Shown piece after piece: positions 15,060 through 26,256 of a DNA stretch of 64,000 bases. The position numbers and the translations under genes are program-made. Position 1 is the stretch's first letter. Each line of letters starts with the position of its first letter. The DNA is from Paraspadella gotoi (lineage: Eukaryota > Animalia > Chaetognatha): the NCBI GenBank assembly GCA_051294375.1, contig CM119267.1, forward strand, positions 12,471,081-12,535,080. The letters are read 5' to 3'. The notes under the pieces are model-generated. The model saw only the letters and a program-made list of their open reading frames with translations, made no database searches and was not told the DNA's origin.

Positions 15060-15094
15060 CTGATGAAGGCTTATACATAAAGCCGAAACATGTC
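15060..15094 (+). ncRNA. Minimal type I hammerhead ribozyme motif (Penelope-associated type)
   Basis: CTGATGA-A-GGCTT..AAGCC-GAAA-CATG-TC; flanked by a long inverted repeat (about 14996-15056 versus 15091-15151). Confidence 0.75.
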
Positions 15095-16741
15095 CCTATG
15101 TAAAATAAAAAATCGTTGTATAGAAACAAATAAACTTTGTTTTTCTCTAAATCTACAAAAACAACGAAACGAAAGGAAATTAACACAAAATTATTTTATC
15201 ATAATTTAATCAGGACAATTAGTTTTCAGTCAATTTTACATATACTTTTGATTTTTACAGCTACAAAGTACTAAAACAGGTAAGTAAAAATTTATGATAA
15301 AATCTGTTAGCCAAAAGACCTTAGAATGTGTCATATAGGTTTAAAAATTTTTCTCATAAATATTTAATGATATAATGACAATCAAAAAATATATACATAG
15401 ATGTTGTAGTCGTTATCGTTATCAGCATCGGCGTCACACTTTTTAGTCGGATCTGCTTATCAGCAGATCCCGACTCTATAATTCACTTTGTCGGTCCATC
15501 GGTCCGCCCCCTCAATATCGTCGGGCACACACTTATATCATGTCAGAACATCGAATCATGATAAATTATGCAAAAAAAATGCCTGTCCGTCTGTCTGTCT
15601 GTCTGTTTGTCCGTCCATCCGTCCCACCTTGGCAAAAAACACCGAGTACTCGTGATTGCATGGATGGATTGGAATGAAATTTTGTGTGTGGGTAGGGAAG
15701 TGTGTTATTGTGTGTTTTGTAAAGCCCTTTAGTAGAATAGGGTGAAAATACAAAGAAGATTTAATAGGACTGTTCTTTTATTTCAGAAAAGATATATTAA
15801 AACAAAATTTTATTGCTATATTGTTTTAAAAACGCTCTTTTGTTTGTGGAGTCATCTGGTTTATTAAGACCAAAACAAGCAAAAATTTGTTATTTTGTGT
15901 AAAGCGATGCAAGTGAAGATCTAGTGGGTGCAGACAGAAGAGCAAATTTTTATAGAAAATAAAGGGAAAATGCTCATAGTAAAAAAAGTAAAAGACAAAA
16001 CCTCGTAGTAAGTATAAAAAGTTACAAAAAAGACCAAAAAAAAAATGAAAAAAAAATGAAAAAAAAAATTGGGAAAAAAAATTTTTAGGAGGTAAATAAA
16101 TCGCTCTCAAAAAAGATAGATTTGTTTATTGTAAATCGCTAAAGTGATTTACAATAAACAATTCTATCTTTTTTTTGCAGGTTTATGGTTTAACTACCAA
16201 ACATTATATCTAGTTATCAAGTTTCATTAGTGAAACAGTGAGGCAGTTTGATATGTATGTTCATTTTTTGTATTTTATATCAATTCAAGTTTTTTTGTTT
16301 GAATTTTTAGTTCATTATGATTTACTTCAAAATATTCTAAAATATAGTACTTACTGAAATTTAAAATTAAATTTGTCTATATTATGTAAATAAAAATATT
16401 TGTTTTTTCCATATTTTTTTTATCAATTTTCTTTGATAGTAACGTCTGGCGAGATCACTATACCTTTAAGATTTTTTATAGTAGTTCGCTATCCGACTTG
16501 TAGTTAATTGGGAAGGACTGAGTTATCCGGTGGTAGCTTTGTGAAACATTCTGATCCAAAGTTCAAGACCTGCTAATTTATAAACAGTTTTTAAAATCAC
16601 CAAAAAATATGTTTAATTCCATGATATTGATTTATAAAATTTTTTTATCGGTCAATTTCATTATTCCACTTGGATTTTTGATACAAACCAATAAAAATGA
16701 AGCCGAATGCGTCTTTAATTATTTAATTATTTAATCCACAG

Positions 16742-17126
16742 GAGTTAAATTGGCGCGCCAGTCTTCTCGTTGCCGCCGCCCTGTTTTTCCATCACATGGC
16801 GGGCGGATTTGTCGTGAAGCGATTCGAAAAAAGAGCCAAAGCCGAAAAGACTATCGATGGCCAATCCGAAAAAGTGAGGTCAAAAAGTAAGTTTAAGAGA
16901 TACAACCTGACATCTATGAATTGGTGTATTCCGCCAAAGATTTCCTTCCGCGACCGGATCGACGCCTCCATTCTCCAAAGACCCGAGTTTCTACTCCTCA
17001 CCGCCTACATGTTCTTCCACTTCGGACCCGCCAACGGAGTCGCCATCTACCAGCCGGCGCTGTCCGACGCCAACGACGTCTCTAGTAGGGATAAGGCGTG
17101 GCTCGCAACCATTCTCGGTACCGCGG
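16742..17126 (+). CDS. SLC16-like transporter exon 4
   Basis: CACAG acceptor; ELNWRASLLV (MCT GWRG-like), central loop, TM7 and start of TM8; donor GTAAGG. Confidence 0.92.
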
Positions 17127-17337
17127 GTAAGGGCTGATTGTGGTTGTTGATGGAATTATGAATGTGATTGTGATAGTGATAGTGATAGTGAATGTGATAG
17201 TGGTTGTTGATGTAATTATGAATGGTGTCTTGGTATTGGACAGTTTTCAAATCTGTTTTGAGATGATAAAGCGAAGTTAGAAAACGATATATGAAGTATG
17301 AAACGTTCTTCATCCCAACTCAATTTTCTTTATCCAG

Positions 17338-17423
17338 ATTTGGTTGGGAGACTCTCCAGCTCTATTATTTGCACGATTCCGACTGTTCGCAAAAGACTCT
17401 TGACTATTCTCACCGTAAGCGAG
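17338..17423 (+). CDS. SLC16-like transporter exon 5
   Basis: CCAG acceptor; DLVGRL TM8 motif; donor GTAATC at 17424, with an alternative in-frame GTAAGC at 17415. Confidence 0.85.
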
Positions 17424-17497
17424 GTAATCTAAGTATTTTAATACTACCATAAAATTAGTTCACATTTTTATAAAGACTTCGTTCGCCCTTCCAACAG

Positions 17498-17595
17498 GTT
17501 CTGTCTGCAATTGGGGCTTTGCTTTTATCCTATTGTCAGACCTACACCCACATCCTTTGGGCTTCCATCTTTTACGGATATTTCTACGGAACATG
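17498..17595 (+). CDS. SLC16-like transporter exon 6
   Basis: AACAG acceptor; VLSAIGALLLSYCQTYTHILWASIFYGYFYGT; donor GTAAAA phase 2. Confidence 0.88.
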
Positions 17596-18074
17596 GTAAA
17601 AAATATAGTAAAATACGTCTTTTTTTTTCATTCCAGATTCGCATTTCTTTTCTAGTAAATGAAGAATGAAGTGAAAGCTTAAAATTAAAATTTTAAATTG
17701 AAAAGTTTTGAGTCGGATCTTTCAAGTGTGGCTGGCTCCGAGATGCGTGACAACGTGACGGTGAGACGTGACACACCGTGACTGGCTGCTAAAAGCGTGA
17801 CTATATTGATGACAGTCTTAATTAGGCTCGCGATGCAGGGAAAAGCTTGTCACGTGACTTCGAAGACTTTATTAATCGATTCATTGTTTTGAGACAAGAG
17901 ATGAATTATTTGAAGTTGCTTTAAAACATTGTTTGTTTTATTTCAAGATAATTTATTTATGTCGAATTGTTTTAAAATGATTTCTCAATGTCTTAATGTA
18001 TTTATTACATTATAGAGATGAATAAAAATCGAGATTTATAATGTTAAATGAGAACATTTGTATTCGAGATAAAA

Positions 18075-18562
18075 TCAGACAGAAGTCGAACGGGATCTCG
18101 CTCCGCGGCCGAATCCGATTGCTCGAGGGACCTGTAGACCTGCTGGAGTGTCCTGCTGTTCCTCTGAGTTCCTCTGGGCCGAGCGGAGACGCGATCGAAG
18201 GTCCGAGTCGCTCATGGATCTTTTTTCGAATTGTGGTCGCTCGTCGATGACGTTTTGGGTCTCGAGTGGCTCGTGCCGTCCTCGAGTTGGTCGTTGACGG
18301 CGTCGTTGTCTCCCTACGACGTTGTCGTGCTCCCGAGTTGCTCGTGGATGACGTGGGGACTCGAGTCGGTCGCTGGCGGCGTCGTGCGTCTAGCCGGCGA
18401 CGTCTTGGCCTCGAATCGTTCGTCGTCCTTGAGTTTAACGCCGGCGGCGTCTTTTAGATCTGCCGGCGGCGTCTTTTAGATCTGCCGGCGGCGTCGTAGC
18501 ATCGGGAAGGAAACGTATCGGCGTCGTTCTGGTCGTCGACGGCGTCGTTGACTCCGTATTAT
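18075..18562 (-). pseudogene. Antisense intronic coding-like fragment (decayed terminal exon)
   Basis: GC-rich, same ACG/GAC codon style as host exons; Thr/Pro/Asp-rich frame broken by a 22-bp tandem duplication (18440-18495) and a TAG. Confidence 0.4.
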
Positions 18563-18744
18563 GCAGATAAAAGAAGGGAAGGTGTCAGCAAGATTGGGAT
18601 TATGCTTAACCCGATCTCTGCGCCCAATCTTACCTCAGAGAAGATCTCGATGAGCTGATTCCCTCCTTGAAGGTTTGGTTTTGTCCGAAGTTGGGTTCAC
18701 CAAGTGGGGGAAGTGGTGGGAGGAGGAGGAGGAGGAGGAGGAGG

Positions 18745-19571
18745 AGGAGCATCGGGTGAAGCAGATCCAGACTCTATAATTCACTTTGTCGGTCCGTCGG
18801 TCCGCCCCCTCAATATTGTCGGGCACTCAATTATATCATGTCAGAACATCAAATTATGATAAATTATGCAAAAAAAAAACAATGTCCGTCCGTCCATCCG
18901 TCCGTCCGTCAGTCCGTCCATCCGTCCCACCTTAGCAAAAAACACCAATTACTCGTGATTGGATGGATGAATCGGAATAAAATTTTGTGTGTGGGTAGGG
19001 AAGTGCGTGATTGAGCTGTATATGAAGTTTCGATGAAATCGTCCGAGTGGAAATGAGTTTAAATGGAAAAAAATAAAAAATATATTTCACTATTTGAACA
19101 CCAATTACTCATGAGTGGATGGGGCGATTCACTTGAAATTTTGTATTTGGGTAGAAAGGTGTGTGATTAAACTGGAAATCAAATTTCAATGGAATCGTTT
19201 GAGTGGAAATGAGTTTAAATAAGAAAAAACAAAAAACCTGTTTCACTAATTGATTATGCTTCTTTTTCCTTTTATATTAAATGTAAATGCAGGATGTATT
19301 AATAAATCAAATAATTAATCAATAATTAATCAATTAGTCAATTAATTAATCAATAATGAATTAATCAGTCAATCAATCAAGTCAATTGTTATCAACATTA
19401 TTCTCATCGTCGTCATTGCTTTTATCGTCGTGACGTTAGTGACGAAAAGACCTTAAAACAAACATTTGGGATCAAATAAATTAATTAGTTAACTTGAATT
19501 ATTTAATTATTAATGAAATATTTACCGATAATGATCGTAGGCAGATCCGACATTGTTTGCTCAAACTTGTT
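18745..19571 (+). mobile_element. DINE-1-like Helentron non-autonomous element (near complete)
   Basis: GCAGATCC(A/C)GAC inverted repeat, (GTCC)n microsatellite, 3' subTIR GCAGATCCGAC, terminal hairpin GTTTGCTCAAAC then TTGTT. Confidence 0.75.
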
Positions 19572-19982
19572 GGTAAAATTTACTTAATATTACCGATTTA
19601 CACTGCGGCGCAAAAAAAAAGAAGACACTTCTTTCACACCAAAAAAACTATATTAATTGGATGAATTTTATTAAGATATAGAAACATAAAACAAAGTATA
19701 TTGAAAGATAAAGCGATTGGTCCCGGTCCCATTAAAATCGATCAAAGCGTCAGAAAGTAATAGGACGTCAAAGTCAATTGGTACAAAACATATGACGAGA
19801 ATAAATTCAAGAAGGATAAGGAGTCAACCATTTTCAACCTAAATCAAATTAAAATAAGTAGGAAAACTATATAAAAAAACAATCCTTTAAAAATAAAAAA
19901 GCAGTCGAGTGATAACTTACCCAAGGATATTTTCAAAGCTTTTTCAGATAAAATTTTTTTTCCAACAACGATTTATTTTGTT

Positions 19983-20028
19983 TTAATGGACATGTTTTGG
20001 CTTAGGTTCAAGCCTTCTTCAGCATTAA
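19983..20028 (-). ncRNA. Hammerhead motif with a core mutation (GAAA to AAAA)
   Basis: Reverse complement TTAATG-CTGAAGA-A-GGCTT..AAGCC-AAAA-CATGTC-CATTAA; 6-bp stem I. Confidence 0.65.
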
Positions 20029-20587
20029 CAGTTGTGAAATTTAAAACAGATTGTGTGCATAAAAAAAAGAGTAAGAGAGAGAGAGAGAGAAATTTAAATA
20101 ATGAAAGCAAATGTGAGGCTTGAGGCCAGTGTTTTACAGAGAGAGAGAGAGAGAGAGAGGGAATGGGAAAAGTTTCCAACACAGAGTTGAGAAAGGACAG
20201 TGGTCACTGGTCAGTTGTCACGACAGATTAAGATGAAACAAATAGAGCTAGTTTGTAAAAAGAAATTGAAATGGTGAGAGAAAGAGAGAGAGTGTGAGAG
20301 AACTTGAAAAATAATACATTGTGCAATGTACAACAAAGCTAAATATTGTTTAAACTTAATGATTAGTGTTAACAATTAGCTATTTATGAATAAATAAGTT
20401 AATAAAGATAAAATTATAAAATTTGAAATGTGAAGGGATAGTGAGGGATAGTTAAACAATTGGTAAAGTAAAAATATTAGAGTTAAGATGGAGCTCAAAA
20501 TGAAACTTAGCCCATTTCCTTTCTCTCTCTCTCTCTCTCTCTCACTCTTTTCTTTATGCACACAATCTGTTTTAAATTTTACAACTG

Positions 20588-20633
20588 TTAATGCTGAAGA
20601 ATGCTTGTACCTAAACCGAAACATGTCTATTAA
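20588..20633 (+). ncRNA. Hammerhead motif with decayed stem II
   Basis: TTAATG-CTGAAGA-A-TGCTT..AAACC-GAAA-CATGTC-TATTAA; inverted partner of the 19983 copy. Confidence 0.65.
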
Positions 20634-21652
20634 AATAAAATAAATCGTTGTTGATATCAATTTAAAACTTTTCTAATTATCTCTACACAACGAAAAGAAA
20701 GGATTACACCACAATTTTTTTTCCTTATGGCATCTCGAGTTAAAGCAGACTGATATAAACTCTTACAATTATATTTTTTTTATTATAAAATGTTTTGATT
20801 TTGAGATAATATTAAAAAATTGATTGTTTTCAATATTTATTATTAAAATGCCATATTTGGCAGCAATTAAAAAAATATTTTTATAAAAAATACAAATTTA
20901 TACTAACCCTTTTATATGTTTAATTCCATTACGATTTTGTTAATTCTATATTGTAACCATCAGTCAGAAAAAGAAGTGTCATCAATACCTTTAAAAATCA
21001 CTTTTTCCCAATTCTGTTTTGAGACTCTGACTTTAAAGTCTCGCTATATTCATTCTTCTGCCTGAACAATTTCAAATTTCTCTTGCACCAATCGATAGCT
21101 CTTTAAAAGAGCTATACTTTTTATATATATTTTCTCAAAATTAAAAAAGAAATAGTGGTGTATTCCAAAATACATAGTGTCTTCTTTTTTTGCGCCGCAG
21201 TGTATAAACATTTTTAAAGTCACTAAATTAATTATGTTGTTTAGATTTTATTTTAATTATCTCGCCAAGGAAAGTTGGCGAGATAATGCAAAGGAAACGC
21301 TTCTTTGTGACGTCGTCGTCGTCGTCGTCGTCGGCGTCACGTTTTTTTTTCTATAAAAACTACTACGCTTTTATAGTTTTGGCTGGGACTTACAGTTTTT
21401 TTTTAAATAAAAAAAGCTATGCATTACGATGAATTTTTATGATAAATCGTTTAAAAAAACGAGTTCAGGCTCTTTCTCTCTCTCTCTCCGTCTCTCTCCG
21501 TCTCTCTCTGTCTCTCTCTGTGTGTGTCTCTCTCTCTCTTGCGTGATCGTTTGTTTTTTGAAAAATTCTGATTATTTTTTTCTTTCTAAAAAAATAATTT
21601 TTTTATCAGGCGCTGCCTTTTCGGAATCAAACGATTCCGAAAAACGAGTTCA

Positions 21653-21690
<38 letters not shown>

Positions 21691-21879
21691 TTCTCTGTGT
21701 GTCTGTCTCTCTCTGTGCGATCTCTTGCGTGATTGTTCGCTTTTTGAAAAATTATGATTATTTTTTTCTTTCTAAAAACTTTTATTATCGCCATTTATTC
21801 CGCGCTTTTTTTTCAATACAAAATCCCAAAATACAATAACTTACTTGGCCTAGATTTTGTTGCCGTTGCGGGGCAGCTA

Positions 21880-21919
<40 letters not shown>

Positions 21920-23292
21920 TATTTGATTGACGGCGTCAAATTAGACTCCCGATTTCGAAGTCGCACGAACCCCCTCGTTTTCGTACACTCTCTGTCTCTC
22001 GGACCACGAAATTATACACCTAGAAGGCGTTGTTAGGCTTCGTAATACCTCTGTAGATATTTCCGTAATTATTACCTCCTCTATGTATAATTACATAACC
22101 GTAAATGAACTCTTATCGCTATTTACTGTACCATTGTTTACTGCAACTTGTGTTAAAATACTTTTTAGCAAACGACAGTGCTACTATATAGCACCGAATC
22201 TGTGTTATTAAATCTGTCTTTATTTTTTTGTAGAGTGAAGAAAGTTGGGGAATAGGATTCGAGTCAAACTAGGATATCGATTATGTCAAACTAGATATTG
22301 AACATGTACAGTTCTGTTCAGTAAGAAGCTTTTATTCACGCGTCTATAATTGTAGTAGACATAAAAATTTTAATGTAACACACTGTTGAACTAATGTCGC
22401 CTTAAGGAATGATAAAACATTATCCAGGTGCAATAGAATCTATTCAAATCAAATCTCTGTCTCTCTCTCTCTCTCTAATTGACTCATCACGTCAATGAAT
22501 GACTATCATCGCATCAATGAATGACTATCATCGCATCAATGAATGACTATCATCGCATCAATGAATGATTATCATCCGATCAATGAATGAATATCATAGC
22601 ACTATCTCTTGCATGATTGTTTGTTTTTTGAAAAATTCTGATTATTTTTTTCCCTTCTAAAAACTTTTATTATCGCTATTTTTAGTATTACAGAACTACA
22701 CAAGCATCTCAGAAGAAAAATGGTATTAACCAAATACTTTGGCTTTATTGTATAAATGCTCGCAATCCGTTCCTGGTCTCAAATAATTGTAATAGGAATA
22801 AGCATGACTGTTATAAAAAAAATAAATAATAAAATAAGCAAATAGCATATTAAATACAGATTTAATTGCCAGATGAAATCTTTTTCATACTCTGTCCAAT
22901 GTTGTTGATCAAAAAACTTTAAATTTTTTTTCACAATTTGAATATGCCAGATTGTATGTTATATGCCGATCATTTTTTTACTGCCTATTTTTGCCGGTTT
23001 ATGGTTTAACTACCGAACAATGTATCTAGTTATCAAGTTTTATTAGTGAGGCAGTGAGGAAGATGAAATGTGTGTCCATTTTCTTTGTTTTATATCGATT
23101 CAACTATTTTTTGGTAGAATTTTCACTTCATTATGATTTACTGCAATATGCAAATTAGATTATAGTACTTTTTCATTAATACTATTCTTTGGCGAGATCC
23201 TTATACTTTTAAGTTTTTTTTTTATACGATTTATTTAAAAATTATACCATTTTCATTTCTCTTTACTGTTTACACCGTTTACATATCCTCAG

Positions 23293-23439
23293 GTTTACGG
23301 TGTTTTTCTCTTTCCTGGCGGAGATGGCCTCACCCTCGCAAGTCCTCGTCGCCTCTTCTGTGGTCTACTTTTTCGGCGGACTTTCCACGCTCTCGTTACC
23401 AACTGGTTTGGGCGCCGCCGCCGCCGACGGAATGGGCAG
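23293..23439 (+). CDS. SLC16-like transporter exon 7
   Basis: CTCAG acceptor; FTVFFSFLAEMASPSQVLVASSVVYFFGGLSTLSLPTGLG; donor GTAAGC phase 2. Confidence 0.88.
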
Positions 23440-24074
23440 GTAAGCTAATGGGTTGACAAACTAGGGTAAGACAATGCTTTTTATCTCGCCGGATATTGTG
23501 AAAGTGTAATGTCTTGTGAAGCCTGTGAAAGTTGAGTAATTAAAAAATTTGCCTATATTATTAAAAACTGACATTAAAGTGAAGAAGTTGAACATCTTCT
23601 GGCTCCTTTCAGTAAATGTCCCTGTTCTCTAAAATAAGATAATGTTTACTTTTTGCTGGTGGAAAAGAAAGATAAATACTTAGACTGTGATGGGTGAATA
23701 ATATTTTGTAGAATTTTGTAAGCATGCTTGTAAAATCAGACAAGCAATTATTTAAGTGAAAAAAATTTACCATTTTCTTTATCCAAAAAACTTTTAAGTT
23801 TTACTAGAGTACAATTTAGCTTTTTTTCTTTCAGAATCATTAAAAAGAATTTAATTTTTATTTATTAGTTTTAAAATTAATTATAATTTTGACTTAGTTT
23901 GACACTCACCCTGTAAAGAGATTTCAGCAAAAATAATTCTAAAATTGTATCTTGTATGTGCCCTATGATTATGGCTTCATTTTGGTACTATTGCCATCCC
24001 TTTATCTTTGTACCTTCAAAAGATATTAGGAAAAATAAGTTTTTTCTCTTAACCTTCCTTTTAATTTCTTTTTA

Positions 24075-25193
24075 CACGGTAGGGCAGAGAGGATGTGAAA
24101 GAAACAAAAAAAGTGCCATCTCTGAAACCTATAAATTCAAGTATTTTAGTGAATATGCTTACAATTTAAATGTCTATATGTCTATAATTATCTACAAAGC
24201 ATAAGCTTGAATTTGAAACCACTCCCAACTTTCTATTACTTTTCGCTATTGAAATATAAGTAAAAATTAAATAATTTTTTTAAAAGATTAATCAATTAGT
24301 ACCATTGAACAGATTATTTCTTAAAAATAAAAATACAAATATATTCTTAAAATACAGTTCTACTTATTAGGCTTCAAAATAAATTTTTTTTTAATTAATA
24401 ATAATTTNNNNNNNNNNAAATTTAAAAATGAAAAAAATATTTTGAAAAATATTAATACATACTCTAATTAAGTATTAAAAGTTAAAGCATTATGTTTGTT
24501 AATATTTTTACACATTTGTCTATTAATAATATATATCAAATATTGAGCGAGTTATTATTATAATATAATTTTATGAATAAAATTTTTTTTGATAAGTAAT
24601 TAATTATATAATTACTTTTTAAAGCTGGATATGATTTTGAATTAAAGTGCTCAACTAATATTTATCTGTTATTTTATTTGAGATTAAGTTTTAATTAAAT
24701 ATCACATATTTTTCTTAAAAAAATAAAATTAATTATTTGTATTATTTATTTTTTAGAATAAATTTGTATCAATTTTTTTAGAAATTTGTTTTTAGGGCTT
24801 AATAAGTAGAACTGCATTTTGAGAACCTATTTGTACTTTTATTTTTAAGAAATAATCCGTTTGAAAGAACTGATTGATTATTAATTTTTTTTTTAATTAT
24901 GATTTTTACTTATAATTCAATAACAAAAAATCGTAAAAAGTTGGGCGAGGTCTCAAATTAAAGCTTATGCTTTGTAGATAATGATAGATGTATAGACATT
25001 AAAATTGTAAGCATTTTCACTAAACTATTTAAGAAATTTTATAAAAAATTAATGAGTATTTAAAAAAAAACCTGCCTTTATCAAATTTTACTAACCTACT
25101 ACATTAAGTGTCTCATGGGTATACTTTAAGATTTTATAGGTTTCAGAGATGGCACTTTTTTTGTTTCTTTCACATCCTCTCTGCCCTACCGTG
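24075..25193. mobile_element. TIR element with CAC...GTG ends (Transib-like MITE)
   Basis: ~60-bp near-perfect TIR CACGGTAGGGCAGAGAGGATGTGAAAG..., longer imperfect inverted arms; TSD unclear; spans an N gap. Confidence 0.7.
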
Positions 25194-25542
25194 GGTTATT
25201 ATTACAACTTTTTAAAATTTTAATGATTGTCTAAAAAAATTAACAAAAACTATCAAATTTATTGAATGATGATAATGATTTTTAAAGGTTTTTTTAAAAT
25301 TTAAACCCATTTATCATTAAAATTTCAAAAATTTGTAATACTAACCTTTATTTAACTTTTTAATATTTATCAGAATCCATTTAAAAAAAAATTTAAGCAT
25401 TTCTTATNNNNNNNNNNCAAAAAATCGTAAAAAAGTTGGGAGAGGTCTCAAATTAAACTTAAATTTATTAATTAATTAATTAATTACCGCTAATGGTCGT
25501 GGGCAGATCCGACATTGTTTGCTTAAACTTGTTCCGGTTCAG

Positions 25543-25702
25543 GCTCACTTCGGTCTTCTGGCTTTTCTCCATCAGCTTATTTGTTGGAGCATCTATCTTA
25601 GTCGCAATCATGATTCTTAAAGTTAAACGGATAACGGAGAAGCAGAGAACTGTGGTTTTGGAGACCACGTCGACAACGACGACGTCGACGACGACCACGT
25701 AG
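25543..25702 (+). CDS. SLC16-like transporter exon 8 (terminal)
   Basis: TTCAG acceptor; TM12 LTSVFWLFSISLFVGASILVAIMIL, Thr-rich tail, TAG; the eight exons sum to 1683 nt (560 aa plus stop); AATAAA near 25858. Confidence 0.88.
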
Positions 25703-26256
25703 CCCTTTCATAAATCTCGTGCTTATTTGTATATTTATTCAATATTCACCTATGAAGCTCATTCGAACGTGTGATATCATAACTCTTCTACTTAACGCTT
25801 TAGGAGATTAATGTGCTGTGATAATATTATAACAAATTAACGCGTTTGAATTTTTTTAATAAAGAAATTAAATTTTCCACATGTAATATATTCTTGTATA
25901 AAGTTGCAGGTGGCTGGTCAATCTCACCCATTTAAATTTCCAAGACTTTCCGCTCCCCTTGACTCATTTTCCAATCCTCAATTACCAATTTCCGAGACAA
26001 TTGTCGTCTATTCTGTTTATTAAAGTTTTGTTGTAACCACTGTGTTTTTTATCAAAACCTTACATTAAACTCGTTTTGTTTAAAAAAGTTGAATAACAAG
26101 GTGTTGCGCCGCATTACTTTTCTTTTTACTTATCATATCATTTATTCCTTATAGTTTATCAGATTTATTTGGTAAACATGTTATATCAAAGGCGGCGCCA
26201 GTAGTCGCTTAGATTTGATTTTTAACAAATGAGCAACAAACTATAGGCAAGTTTAT

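Larger units (their letters stand above)
19601..21202. mobile_element. TA-TSD MITE (Tc1/mariner-like)
   Basis: TA|CACTGCGGCGCAAAAAAAAAGAAGACACT ... AGTGTCTTCTTTTTTTGCGCCGCAGTG|TA; hosts a hammerhead pair. Confidence 0.8.

Noticed and set aside
16171-16300. Strong-looking acceptor TTTTTTGCAG as a transporter exon
   Set aside because: The downstream sequence is a dispersed repeat (also about 22996 and 43975) and exon 3 joins exon 4 in frame without it
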